A stretch of 56,740 bases of DNA, the filler included, from Bipalium vagum (taxonomy: Eukaryota): assembly GCA_037834085.1 (NCBI GenBank). It is 3 parts of 3 records of this genome, joined end to end, with 100 filler letters (N's around TTAATTAATTAA, not from the genome) between each part and the next. Parts side by side here need not be neighbours in the genome. Positions count along the whole stretch, not along the records: positions 1 to 23,191 come from JBBMKC010212149.1; positions 23,292 to 39,612 come from JBBMKC010116156.1; 1 more part is not named here. The stretch is one strand, 5' to 3'. Positions 13,599 to 25,500 of the stretch are shown piece after piece. The position numbers and the translations under genes are program-made. Positions within the stretch are counted from its first letter, which is position 1. Every line of letters starts with the position of its first letter. The notes below the pieces were generated by a model. That model was given only the letters and a program-made list of their open reading frames with translations, did not search any database and had not been told where the DNA came from.

Positions 13599-14858
13599 TT
13601 GGGTTGGTAATTAAGTCCGTTCGGTTTATTAAATGAAATGAAATAATTTCTTATTGTCGAAAAATTTTATTAATTTGAAGCAAAATTTTAATGCATAAGT
13701 AGATTTGTATTTTATTAAATATATATTAATCAATTTTTGGTTAAAAATATCATTATAGAATATCATATCAAATATAGAAGATAAAATTGTGCAGTTCAGA
13801 CACATTTCTTTATATTCTTTTAATAAAGGCGAGAGCTGCGGATTCTCATAAAAAATTTTTCGAGAATCGAGGATGATGCCTTAAAAGAACGGATACGCCA
13901 GAAATGGTTTGCAAAATTCCGTTCTGGAAATTTTAGCATGAACGATGCGTCACTCCACGGAAATTGAATCAGATGATATCAAAGTTATTGTTGATGAGCT
14001 TTGGAAACCCAGACGTTTGGAAAATAGCTACGAGACTCAAAAAATCACCTACATCTGTTGAAAAACATTTAAATAAAATTGGTTACCTTTCTCGACTTAC
14101 TTTTTGGGTAAGAGGATACGTTTCTAGAGGCCAAATTGACAGCACGAATATCAATCTGTGATTTGCTCCTACAACGGCAAAAATGAAATCCATTTATAAG
14201 AAACTTGATTACTGGTGATGAAAATGGGTTTATTACGACAATTTAATGCGTACGAGATCACGGGGACACAGTTCCGAACCAGGAAAAACAACATCAAGAG
14301 AAGGATTACATCCGAAAAAGATAATGATTTCAGTTTGGTTGGATTATAAAGATGTCATCTTCTATGAGGTGTTACCATTTGGAACAACTGTTGATTCAAA
14401 TGTTTATTGCTCTCAATTAACTAAATTGAACAAAGAAATTTACGAAAGCGTCCAGAGTTGACAAATCGCAAGGGCGTTGTCTTCCAACGAGACAATACCA
14501 GGCCTCATACTTTAATGATCACCTGGAAAGAATTAGTGAATCTTAGGTGGGATGTTTTGCCACATCCACCATATTCCCCCGGACTTGGCTCCTACAGACT
14601 ATCACTTATTTCAGCGGTTGCAGAATTTCTTAAACGAGAAAACTTTAACCAATGAGGAGTCCGCTAAAAGGAATCTTGATTCGTTTTTTGAAAATAAAAC
14701 TAAGGAATTCTACAAAAGGGGAATAATGAAATTGGTAGACAGATGGAAAGAGGTTATTGATAAAAATGGACTACACATCACTGATAATTGTTTTTATAAT
14801 ATAAATTTTTCTGTTTTTATGTCTTCTAAAAAACCGAACGAACTTAGTGCCAACCCAA
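13599..14858 (+). mobile_element. Full-length decayed mariner (DD34D) element
   Basis: TIRs TTGGGTTGG..TAAGTYCGTTCGGTTT with TA flanks. Motifs ITGDE, LHPKKIMISVW, QRDNTRPH and HPPYSPDLAPTDYHLF are split by frameshifts. Confidence 0.92.
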
Positions 14859-14982
14859 TATTACTATTTCAACTAAATCACAAAAATAAATACTGTTATG
14901 AAACTGTTTCAAATTAATTTTGATAATATTATTAATGAATATTAATTTAAAACAAATCTGAAATTATTTATATTGAAAATAC

Positions 14983-16737
14983 CAACTGAACTATTATATT
15001 CTCTGCTACAAATTGGAAAAAAATTGTCATCAACTGTCCCCAACTCTGATATATCTTTATTCATAGACTCCAACGAAGTCGAAGACTCCAAATTCAATAG
15101 CAATGGCAAAGTTATCAGAGCAATTCTTGAACGTTCAGATATTGTGATTTCTGATAAAAACCAGGCGATATATTTAAACATTATATAAGAATATGCACTT
15201 AAACGAACCAATATCATCAAGAATTTGAACTTGAGGTAAATGGTGAATGACAACTGCTCTGTACAATGGAACACTTGAAGAAACATCCCCGTTTCCGGAA
15301 TTGTCTGCAATTAATTGACTACACATTGGATTATCTCCTAACCATAATGTATGTAAATGTGTCAAAGACTTTAAGTGCAATATTTCTTTGACATCTTCTA
15401 TTTTGTTTTTTCTTAAAAAAAGCTCTTGGAGGTTTAAACATCCACATAGTGCTTCAAGTTGAGATATGTAATTAGCACTGAACAATAATAATAATAATGA
15501 TATGTAACACAAATAATTTTTTTGCTCAATAATATTCGAATAATTATGGAGGAAAATGAAGGAATAAAAAATCTGTTCTTCGTGTAAAATTTTTTAGAAT
15601 ATTTATAACTTAATTAGGTTAGCTAACAGATAAATTTTTTAAAAATATTAATTATTTTCATTCTTCACTTAATCTTGAAAGAGAAAGTCTTTAAAAACCT
15701 AAAAAGAAATTATTTTTACAACATAGAGTCTTCTTAGACAAGAAATGATATTTAATTCATTCACCATAAGAAATTTTGAGAGTACAATAAAAATTAACCA
15801 CATATATACATATATAAATACATAATTAACTGATTATTTTTTATAAGGGTGAAAACCAAACAAAGATGTATATAATTCTAGTCAGAGTTTAAAACAAAAG
15901 TTCTAATTATAATAATTACTAAAAATTATTTTTGATAAAGAAACGTTTGCAATTCTAAATAATTTTTCAGATGGTATACCATCACATTGTTTTGTAATAT
16001 GATAATTGTCAACCATGATTTACCATATCTTATTGATCTAATGTTGTTTATCACTAAATGATATCATAATAACAATTATAATGAAGAATACAAATTTAAA
16101 TAATCATATTTTTTTTAGTTACCTAAAAGTTTCGATATTAAAAATTAATTATAGGTTAATAAGATTATATCTAGTTTAGATTCTTCACTAAAGATTATTT
16201 ACAAAAGTATTACAGTTTTATTATTTTAATTTATATATTAAATGTTCATTTTCCAAAATCTTTAAACCTCAATAAGTCCCAAAATATTTATAAACATAAA
16301 ATTCAAAGGGATATTTACATTTTTTAAAAAAATCAGATTGATGGATGGAAGATCATGTTTGATATCATACGATTGTCTTAAACTTTTCATTAAAAGCATA
16401 AGAATATCTTAATAAAATCAATATTATTTTAAGAAATTCACATAATAAATTATTTAAAATTTAATTATTTTTTCATAAAAATTTTATTTTTTATTTCTAG
16501 AATACTAACCTTAAAGATATCACTTGCAATTGAGGCATCTTGGTTAAAATACTAATATCAGTTAATTTGTAACCCCTGAAAAACATTGGTGAACATACAA
16601 TGAAAACAAAATTCTAACCATAAATTTAATTTGGTTATTTTAGTAATGTCATCTGTCTTATATCTATTCAAGATCACTTTTTCAGAAAGAATTTTAACCA
16701 CCTCATTACATTTTGTTTGCTTGTTGCCAGGCATCAT
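14983..16737 (-). CDS. CFAP410: Cilia- and flagella-associated protein 410 (C21orf2) LRR protein; 3' end uncertain
   Basis: Exons 16737-16619, 16575-16510, 15477-15209 and 15150-~14983; GT-AG introns of 43, 1032 and 58 nt. The translation ...LSEKVILNRYKTDDITKITKLNLWGYKLTDISILTKMPQLQVISLSANYISQLEALCGCLNLQELFLRKNKIEDVKEILHLKSLTHLHTLWLGDNPMC...YRAVVIHHLPQVQILDDIEITISER matches the CFAP410 N-terminal LRR and LRRcap. Confidence 0.85.
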
Positions 16738-17169
16738 AACATGTTATTTAAACAGTCTTATAATTACTGTTAGTTAATAAATAAACATTATTTTACAAAA
16801 TTTATAGATTCATAAGGTCATAAAAATATTTTTTAAAGATCTAAAAACAAGAGAAATTTTATTATTAAATTGTATGATTTAGAAAATTACAATTGTAACC
16901 GTGAAAAAATAAAAATTGAAATAATAAATTATAAAAACTGACAATGCGACGTTAGTAGGATCAGTTTTAACAAATAAAATAATTTTATATCAAAATATTT
17001 AATAATGATGTCAAAATCAATAAGTTTTAAATATAAACCAAGCGAATAACTTCACACGTTTATCCACATTTATTTATATTTTCAATGTAATCATTATTTT
17101 AATAGTTATTTTATTTTTGGATAATTTTTTTTCAATGTAATCATAATTTTATATATTCATTTTATTCTT

Positions 17170-17640
17170 AGAACAAAGTGACATTATTTGAATTGATGGA
17201 AGAATTAAAGGATGAAGAAAAATTGATTTTAAATAAAGACCCATTTGTTCAAAATGCAAAAATTACAAATGCCGAAAGATTATATAATTGACTAGAGGAA
17301 CTACTTTCCATAACGTTTTGCTTACAATACGTTCGATACTATTCCTTATATATATTTTCGGTGCTGTAAAATAAGCATACAACGGGCTTCATTTCAGCTA
17401 AAATTTTCTACTGTCTTTTTCGCAATGGTACGCACAAATTCTCAATTATGTAAGTATTATTTATGCTAAAAATAACCAAGGAATTATTAGAGGCGAAGGA
17501 CAAATAATTGAAATTGACGAAACGTTGATAGTAAATAGAAAATATTATCGTGGTAGAATCCTTCGTAATCCGAATTGGATTATTCATGGTGTTTTTCGTG
17601 GTTCGCCTAAAAACTGTTTTATCGAATATGTTGAGAATCA
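17170..17640 (+). mobile_element. Merlin (IS1016/ISXO2-like) transposase relic
   Basis: Reads LFELMEELKDEEK, PICSKCK (zinc ribbon) and RGEGQIIEIDETLIVNRKYYRGRILRNPNWIIHGVFRGSPKNCFIEYVEN, matching the Merlin VEIDE..RKYNRGR..WVFGG..CF motif. It is 3'-truncated. Confidence 0.8.
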
Positions 17641-18484
17641 ATAATTTTTTTCAGACAAAATGATGATATATAAATATATAAATGTAATATATGATGCCTG
17701 AAATGTTTTGTTTAAATTAGATATTTAAATCAATTAACAAACATTTTTAAAATTTAATTTTAAAATTCATAAATAATATGGTAATTTGAGTATTATTATA
17801 TGAAGAATAATGTTAAAGTAAGACAAATATATATTTCTATCCATATATATGAATTGAAGACAATTTTTTTTTCGATGAAAGTTAAGTTTTTGTTGGATCT
17901 AAATAGTTTAAACAGCTCCATAAAAATATATCAATTTTGTGCCAAACCTTTAAAACTGAAAATGAAAAAGGTTTGTAGAGATGTTCAAATTATAAATGCT
18001 ACTAGACCACTATATCAATTAGGAAGAATTCAATTTTCACTGTTCACAGGACAATGAATAAAAAAATGTTGATGGTGGCATACCTTTGGCTTACAAAAGT
18101 CTCTACGATCTCAATTATAGCACAAACCGCTTACAGTCAAAATACAGAAATCTGTTATTCAGAAACTCTGTTTGCCTTTCACTATTGTTATGCTCATGTG
18201 TAACTGGGTTAATTTGAAATCGATCTCCGGAACAATTGGATCATTCCAAACGATCAGTTTTGAATGAAGATAAGAAAGTCCATTTAGCATTTAGACCTTC
18301 CCTTAACTAGCTGTTTTTAAAATGATATTACGACCACAGTAAGATGTTCAGAGATATGATTCCCTCCAAGGTTATGCATACATTCTGTTCCTTTACTCTA
18401 AAATCGTTGCAGAATGAAATCAGTGGGCAACACGGGATCTAATTATTCGATTATTCACCGTTGACTGTTTTCTGTTGCAAGTAT

Positions 18485-18770
18485 ATCGGAATTACAATAT
18501 AACGAAAGAAAAACATTACTACAAAATTTACAAAACAATTTTTTATCTAATTATCTAATTAAATTTCAAAAATTTTAAAATTTTCAAAATTAAAATTATA
18601 AAATTAAATTTTAATAATCAAAAGGTAATCGGAATTACAATATAACGAAAGAAAAACATTACTACAAAATTTACAAAACAATTTTTTATCTAATTATCTA
18701 ATTAAATTTCAAAAATTTTAAAATTTTCAAAATTAAAATTATAAAATTAAATTTTAATAATCAAAAGGTA
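18485..18770. repeat. Tandem duplication, 2 x 143 bp
   Basis: 18485-18627 and 18628-18770 (ATCGGAATTACAATAT...TCAAAAGGTA) appear identical by eye. Confidence 0.92.
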
Positions 18771-19094
18771 ACCTACAAAATATCAGGTACCTAGTTTATA
18801 TATTAACCGATGTCTGTTTAACACACTTAAATTAAATTGTCAAATTGGATTCAACACAGATTTGTCTATATTGAATTAATTCTTTTCTTCTTAGCCAATC
18901 AAAAATTCATGATTGTTGAAAACTGTTAATTTATCTAAAAATAATGGATAATTTTTCTTTATTATCAAAATTATTAATATGATATTCTATAGGATTAAAA
19001 GATAAATAATTTTGAAAATAATTTATAGAAAATTCAGAATCAAAATTCGGAATTGTTTCATGTTTTTGCTAACTCATTTTAAAAATATTTTAAA

Positions 19095-21420
19095 AAGGAT
19101 GCGCTTTTGCCTAGATCCAAGGCAGCCGACTGCCAACATCTCTAGGAGAACAGTCCAATCTTGCAGGGCTTTCTTGGTCTGGTCGAGAAGATCTTGATAG
19201 TGAACGAGATTTTTCTCAAGATTCCAGAAATTTTTTTTACTCTGTATCATATGGACATTTGATGTCAATAAGGTATATGAGTTTGTGGTCTGTGAGCTCA
19301 ATCTAAAGGTCAACACGTTTGTTGAGATGACATATTGACTTTCTGCTTTGACAAAGACTTTGGGTTTTGAGTTTTCTTTAATTTGTTTTGTTAGATAGTC
19401 TTGGATAGTATTATGCTGGCAGTGTTGGAACATTTTTGACGGAATGCAATCAACAAGAAGGTGAGACGATATCTCTTCTTGCTCATTGCATCTTCGGTAT
19501 CCACAGAATTTTGACCCATGGCGAGCATTGATCTGAAGTGAGTAAGATCTAGATCAGTGAATAAAATACAATGCTGCAATTGATATTTCTCCATTGAAAA
19601 TTGAAATTGTCGATAATATTGATTGACCAATTGCCGATGCAAAACGACCAGCTGCTCCAGCTGTGATTCCAAGCATGATTGATTAGATTGTGAAGCTTTT
19701 TCGAAACAACTTTTGCATCAATTAGCTTCACAATTGCTTCATTCTCATATGTAAATTATGTAATTATTCCAAAAAGCAAAAATCATTAGCGAATGAATAA
19801 AAGTGTGATAGGCATTCAAATTTTGTCATGGGTAAAGAATGCTTTCAGAAATAATTCTTAGCTGTTCGATAATGTCAGCAAATAACAATCGAGATGGTGA
19901 ATGAAGATCTTCATAAAAGTCAACCCGCAAATATCGATGTTTGAACAGTCAATCAACAGTCAATATAAAAATTGACAAATCACCAATTCTCAAAGGATTC
20001 TCATTTTGAACTTGTGGAACTCAAACAAAAAGACATTGCCAAGTTGACACTTGAAAGATCTCCAAGATCTCTTGCATGTGTGGACGACTTATGGCCAAAA
20101 GAACAACATCATATGCATAAGCAAGCGCGCTCAACCTGTGTTTACGAATCAAAACTCCACCGCTCAACACTTGATCAAGACTGTTTAATATTTGGTTCAT
20201 TCACATAGATAAGGGACATCCCGGCCGAACACCCACATTAATTTTAATAGGTTCTTTAGTAAGATTGCCGCACATAAAGTATGACTGACTTCGATCAATT
20301 TGACGATTGAGAGCCAACTCCCATTTTCCGAAGACAACCGGTTTTGAAAAAGATATCAATGCTATCAAAAGCATCAGCAACATCAAGAAAAGCAATATGC
20401 AAGGTCATTTGCAGTTCTCGGCGATATTGATCAATTAAATCACGAAGTAGAAAATAATGCTCAGAGCACCCATTGAAAGGACCGGAAGAATAGGATGTAA
20501 AAGATTATTATTATTAAGCCAATCAGAAAGCTGTTTAATCAAAGCTGAAGCAAATAATATATATGTACAATCAAGCGAAGCTATTGGACGCCAAGAATTA
20601 ATATCATGATATTCTTCGGTCTTCATGGGCTTTGGAATAAGTAATGTTGAAAATGATTTCCATATGGAAGGAATAGAGGCATTCTCAATAACTCTATTAA
20701 AAAGAGTACCATGAATAACTAACAAAGGATCACAATATTTGATATCTGAATATGTGATATTATTGATACCAGAAGCGGAATTTTTACATGATTTTAAAAC
20801 TGATTTCAAAACATCAGAATCGATTCGATGAAAATCAAGCTGTGGACCATGATAAAAAAGATTATTGTCCAAAAATTTCTGCCAGTCACAAGCAGTAGGA
20901 GTCATAGATTTTTGACTGTAATACTCGATTACATAATCGGATGATGGAGTGCAATCATCTATATTTTTATCAAAAATGATCTTAAAAGCAGTTGATGGAG
21001 AAAACCGGTAAAATTTTCTTAGATTCAGATCAGTAGATGAAAACCAAAGTGTCAGATTCGAAATCTTTACTGAACAATTAAAAAATGCAACAATTAATGG
21101 TCCACAATCGTAGCCATTGTCTTGCTTATTTACTTTCCGTAGACGATCAGTAATTTTCACATCAATTACGAAAGCAATGTTTAAAGCCGAGTTTAAAACA
21201 TGGATCTGTTTTTGTACATAATCAGGCACAAATGGAGATGGAACTGGATCAAAGTCAAATGAAATTAGACGAGTCTTGCAGTAAATGAAAGCGATCCAAT
21301 GTTTATTTAGAATATTCAAAGGACAAAACAATCTATCTGCAGATAAAGATCCTTAAAAAAATCTTGCTATTTGAAAGACCGTTTCTTTTACAGGACTCCC
21401 GAATGTTTTGTTTCCCTCGT
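19095..21420 (-). mobile_element. NeSL-clade non-LTR retrotransposon relic: Ulp1-like protease, RT, CCHC finger and restriction-like endonuclease
   Basis: Protease: HWIAF..SFDFDP..KQDNGYDCG (C48/Ulp1 His-Asp-Cys with oxyanion Gln). RT: KNSASGINNITY, WKSFSTLLIPK..SWRPIASL, FLDVADAFDS, GVRPGCPLS, LAYAYD. Then YRRCNEQEEISSHLLVDC..QHN, KRVDL, YLIDIKCPYD and LAVGCLGS. Several frameshifts. Confidence 0.88.
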
Positions 21421-22188
21421 TGTTGGAGTGTGATGTTATTAATATTATTATAATTATAATTATCGTTCTTACTATTAATATTAATATTATTATTATTATA
21501 TTTTTAATTTTATATCAAAAATTTATTAAGTTTTGCATTACTCTTATGAAATTAATCCATTATCAAATTTCAAAAAGCACACAAAATTCAATAAAGATGT
21601 CTTATGGCTGATGAACGATGAATAATAAATTATAAAAACTATGAAATATTCTTAAAAACGAAAGTTGAAACTAATATTCAGGGTTATAAGTCCATTATTG
21701 ACTACTGAATGAGAATTGAATAATAAAGATGGTTTGCCTTGTTTTCAGATAAAATAGTTATGATTTTTTATATAAAAATATCTATAAAAACGTTGTTTAT
21801 ATTATTAGAAAATACCTAAGTCAACACTGATAATAGCTGCGCACGTCTAAGAGTTTTTAGCTAATTAATATTGCATTATCGAGACTTATCGCTTAGTTTC
21901 GTATTCAATGGGTTTGTATGATTAATTTACAATTAACATTACCTGTAAATAATGGACAATTTTACAATTTACCAATAATATTTAATGATTATATTATACC
22001 GAAAAAGTAAAAAATATAATATATAATATAAAAAAAGTTAAAAATAAAATAAGAGAACTGACAAAAAATTTTTAGCAAAATCGGAAAATTTTCAAAAATA
22101 ATAATAATCATTTACGAAAATTAAAACAAACCGCATACAATAATTATTAAAAAAATGAATAACTGAAAATATTTTTTCTAAAATAATA

Positions 22189-22745
22189 TAGTGGTGGTAA
22201 AAAGTCTTGAATCACCAAAAGAAAAATTCAATTTTTAACATTAGAATATTTTTTGGAACAATATTGCATGAAATTTGTAGCAAACTTTACAAGGCCACAC
22301 TTCAAACACTGTATTAAAAGAAATAAATAATTTGTGCCGGATAAAAGTTTGCTAAAATAATAAAAGTACATTATCTACTATATATGCTTTATTTATAAAA
22401 TGCAATACAAATTACAATTTTTTTATTACAAGTGCTTTTTACAATAATATAGAAAAAAAACATCTTTTTAAAATATTTATTTAGTAGGCCAGCCATTGGT
22501 CTTTATTATTAATTTACATCGTTTCTGCATTGAATCTAATAATTTCTTCAATTGTGATTCTGTGCTGCAATGATACCAAGTATTACATAATACTTCACTT
22601 AAATCTTTTTTATTCTTTGGTTTCCTTTTAGAAATAATATTGACAACACTTTTCCACAGATTCCGATTAGATTAAGATCGGGTGACTGCGCGGGACTGTC
22701 CAATCTTTGAATATCATTGTCTTCTAACCAACTTTGAACTATTTA
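22189..22745 (-). mobile_element. Tc1 3' fragment
   Basis: Terminus (C/T)AGTGGTGG..AAAAGT. The minus strand gives a frameshifted W..PAQSPDLNLI..LWK motif and DSMQKRCKLIIKTNGWPTK*. Confidence 0.75.
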
Positions 22746-23039
22746 TCATAAAAATCCTGATAACATATTTAGAGAATTATTAGAAATTGTGAATTGATAG
22801 GAAAGAACTGATAGACAATGAGAATTAGAGCTCATCTGCTGAATTATGGAGGAATATATTTTAAAAAATGTTAATATAAAGGGTTACTGTTCGGAATTCT
22901 AGATTTAGGGCTTCAACGTGCATTAGAGACTGTCAAAGTGTTAAATTGAGGTAAAGACATTTTCCAGTCAGTACCTCAATATGGATTATTTCACCTTTCA
23001 TTTTTTTGAAATCATGTAAGATTCAAATTAACCATCAAG

Positions 23040-23191
23040 AGGGCCCTCCAGTCGCAGGCTTTTCCCTGTAGTAGTCCCCATATTGAATAGTCCAGAGGGT
23101 TCAAATCTGGTGATTATGGAGGCCATTGATTGGAGTCTAAAAAATCCGGAAAATTCTCTTTACAGAACTGTTGGGTCCTCTTTGCTCGATG
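23040..23191 (-). mobile_element. maT/DD37D transposase fragment, cut by the gap
   Basis: The minus strand reads PDFLDSNQWPP*SPDLNPLDYSIWD. Confidence 0.75.
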
Positions 23192-23291
23192 NNNNNNNNN
23201 NNNNNNNNNNNNNNNNNNNNNNNNNNNNNNNNNNNTTAATTAATTAANNNNNNNNNNNNNNNNNNNNNNNNNNNNNNNNNNNNNNNNNNNN
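23192..23291. other. Assembly gap linker (artificial)
   Basis: N44-TTAATTAATTAA-N44; the 12-mer puts stop codons in all six frames. Confidence 0.97.
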
Positions 23292-23724
23292 TATTTTAAA
23301 AATAAAATTCCTGGGAAATTCTCAATGATTTTCAAGTATTAATTAATTTTTAATTATTAATATTATTATCATTAGTATTTATGCATTATTTATCATTTTT
23401 ATTATTTATTTTTCCCCGGGGGGATGTCTTGGTAAACCCAACAATATATATTTATATTTATTGATTGTTGATGACATTTTGGAATTGGAGATCGATTTGC
23501 TGGTTTTATTAATTTTTAGCCATTCACTCGTGTATCTTTATGTTAGCAAAATATAGTTGTACTGTGATCGTTTTGATTCAATTATTTTTGTCATAAGTAT
23601 TAATACCATTATCTCCGTTACAAATGATATGTTTTCATCAACGAATTTTATATCTTTACTCTCTCAATATACCAAAAAACCTGCAATAGACACCTTTCAC
23701 AAAACATACCGCCCTTCCCCAAGT

Positions 23725-23990
23725 TTATCTAGCATTAGCGATTGCGTTCAATCTTCTGAAATCTAAACGAACTCGAATATCTTTCTTCTCCTTCTTCCAA
23801 ACAAATATGAGTGGCTTATTCCAAGGAGAATTGCACCTTCTTATGATTTTATTTTTATACCTGCTTGTCATAGTCTCGTCTATCTTATTTTCCAAATGAA
23901 CTGTTTGTCTGCATGGTTTTAAATTAATGCAATTTCCTTTCGTCACAATTTTATGTCTCAACAGATGTAAACAATGTACCATTTATCTAC
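23725..23990 (-). mobile_element. Ty3/gypsy reverse transcriptase N-terminal fragment
   Basis: HKIVT...IIRRCNSPWNKPLIFVWKKEKKDIRVRLDFRRLNAI contains the SPW...R.CLDFR.LN motif. Confidence 0.85.
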
Positions 23991-25154
23991 CTTAAAGAAA
24001 CTGCTACTGTTCTTTATAATCTCTATCAGTCTTTAGTGATTTGATATATGAAATTATTAATAAATTTTAATTTGACAAGGAAATAATAAGACAAACTTTA
24101 GAATAGATGAATAAAATAAGTAAAACTAGAGAATAGGTTCTTTGCAAACATATCGACAATTTTAAAATTCTCATAGAAAAGGGGTGCACCATAATTAGCA
24201 CTGAAAAGTGGATTATAAACAAAATCATGAAGGGTAAAATTCGAAAGTTTTCACAAGAAGATTCATTGAAATCACTGGAAAATCCGACACGAGAAAAAGA
24301 TAATGCTAAAATATTGGTAATTCTGTTTCTAAAACCTAAGGATTATCACCTGGCCTGTCCAGTTTAAGATTTCTTGGTGGGAAAGTAATCAACACTAATA
24401 ACCACGAGTATTTATATTCCCAACAGTAGAGTTTCTATAAAATTTGTATAATGAAAACATTTTCGAATGGAAGTGATATCATCAAACCTATGGTGTATAT
24501 GAATTTCATTAATATAAGTGTTCTGCATTTAAAGTTTTGAAAAAAAATGAGAAATTTTATATAAAAATATTTTACGTTTGTCTTCTTGATTCTGAAGTTA
24601 AAAGTAAATAAGGGTTCTGAAAGCTTGGAAAATATGTTGAAAATGATGGACTGACATATCAAAGCTGTTGCAAATAAAAGTCGAGGGGGTTATCAAATGT
24701 TATGATTCCGATCTCATTAGAACAATATTCGACAATTGTCAGTAATTTGTATGAAATGTAAACATTAATCAAAACTGTCTAATACATACCAAAAAATCAA
24801 TATCATTCAGTATTTATTTAGCTACATTACTGAACCGACTCACGTCTATATTGTTACAAACCAGATCAGAAATGACACTCTAAACGTTACAAACTATGTA
24901 AAATATTTTGATTATTTAAACGAAATATTACAAAATTACTCTGTTCGTATATTATGGTCATAAACGTGACAAAATTTCAGATTATGTTTCGTTTTGTAGT
25001 TATCATGTTATAAAAATTAAGTAATGATAATTTTTAGAGCTTACATTTTTTAATGACATAATTAATTGCATAAAAATAAAAATAAAAATCAGCTTCACAA
25101 GAACAAAAAGAAAGTGAGTAATTAACTTTTAATAATTTCATACTTTATCTTTTA

Positions 25155-25500
25155 GTACTAGGCACCACGAAAAGAAACCGGAGAATAAAAAGTAAAATTT
25201 TAAAATAACATGTTTAATACAAAATGATATCAGTCAATTATGTATTCTACATCAGTATCGAAAATCATCTGCTATCTACACCAAGGAATCCATCATCAAT
25301 AGAGATTTCAAGCTCAATTTTACCTCATCATTGTGACAAACATTTTGTCTTGAAAGAAGTTCTGTAAAGATGGAACAAGATAATAATTTGATGTCGAGAT
25401 GTCAGAGTAAAAGATAGGTGAGGCAGCACTTTATAGCCAATCTCACGGATCTTTTGTTGAGTCTCTTTGGAGACGTTATCATGAAGAATGATATTACCTT
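25155..25500 (-). mobile_element. Mariner 3' fragment
   Basis: The minus strand reads LHDNVS..KIREIGYKVLPHLSFYSDISTSNYYL..SLQNF, a decayed HPPYSPDLAPSDY motif. Confidence 0.65.

Noticed and set aside
18050-18480. Moderately GC-rich stretch near the NeSL-like 3' end, considered as a 3' UTR or target RNA gene
   Set aside because: No tRNA, spliced-leader, U2 or rRNA signature and no convincing ORF that I can recognise.
23236-23247. Palindromic TTAATTAATTAA as a biological site
   Set aside because: It is embedded in N runs and repeated identically at 39657-39668, so it is a pipeline linker.
23405-23442. CCCCGGGGGGA-TGT, resembling a polypurine tract and LTR start
   Set aside because: No matching LTR end or second copy in the window.
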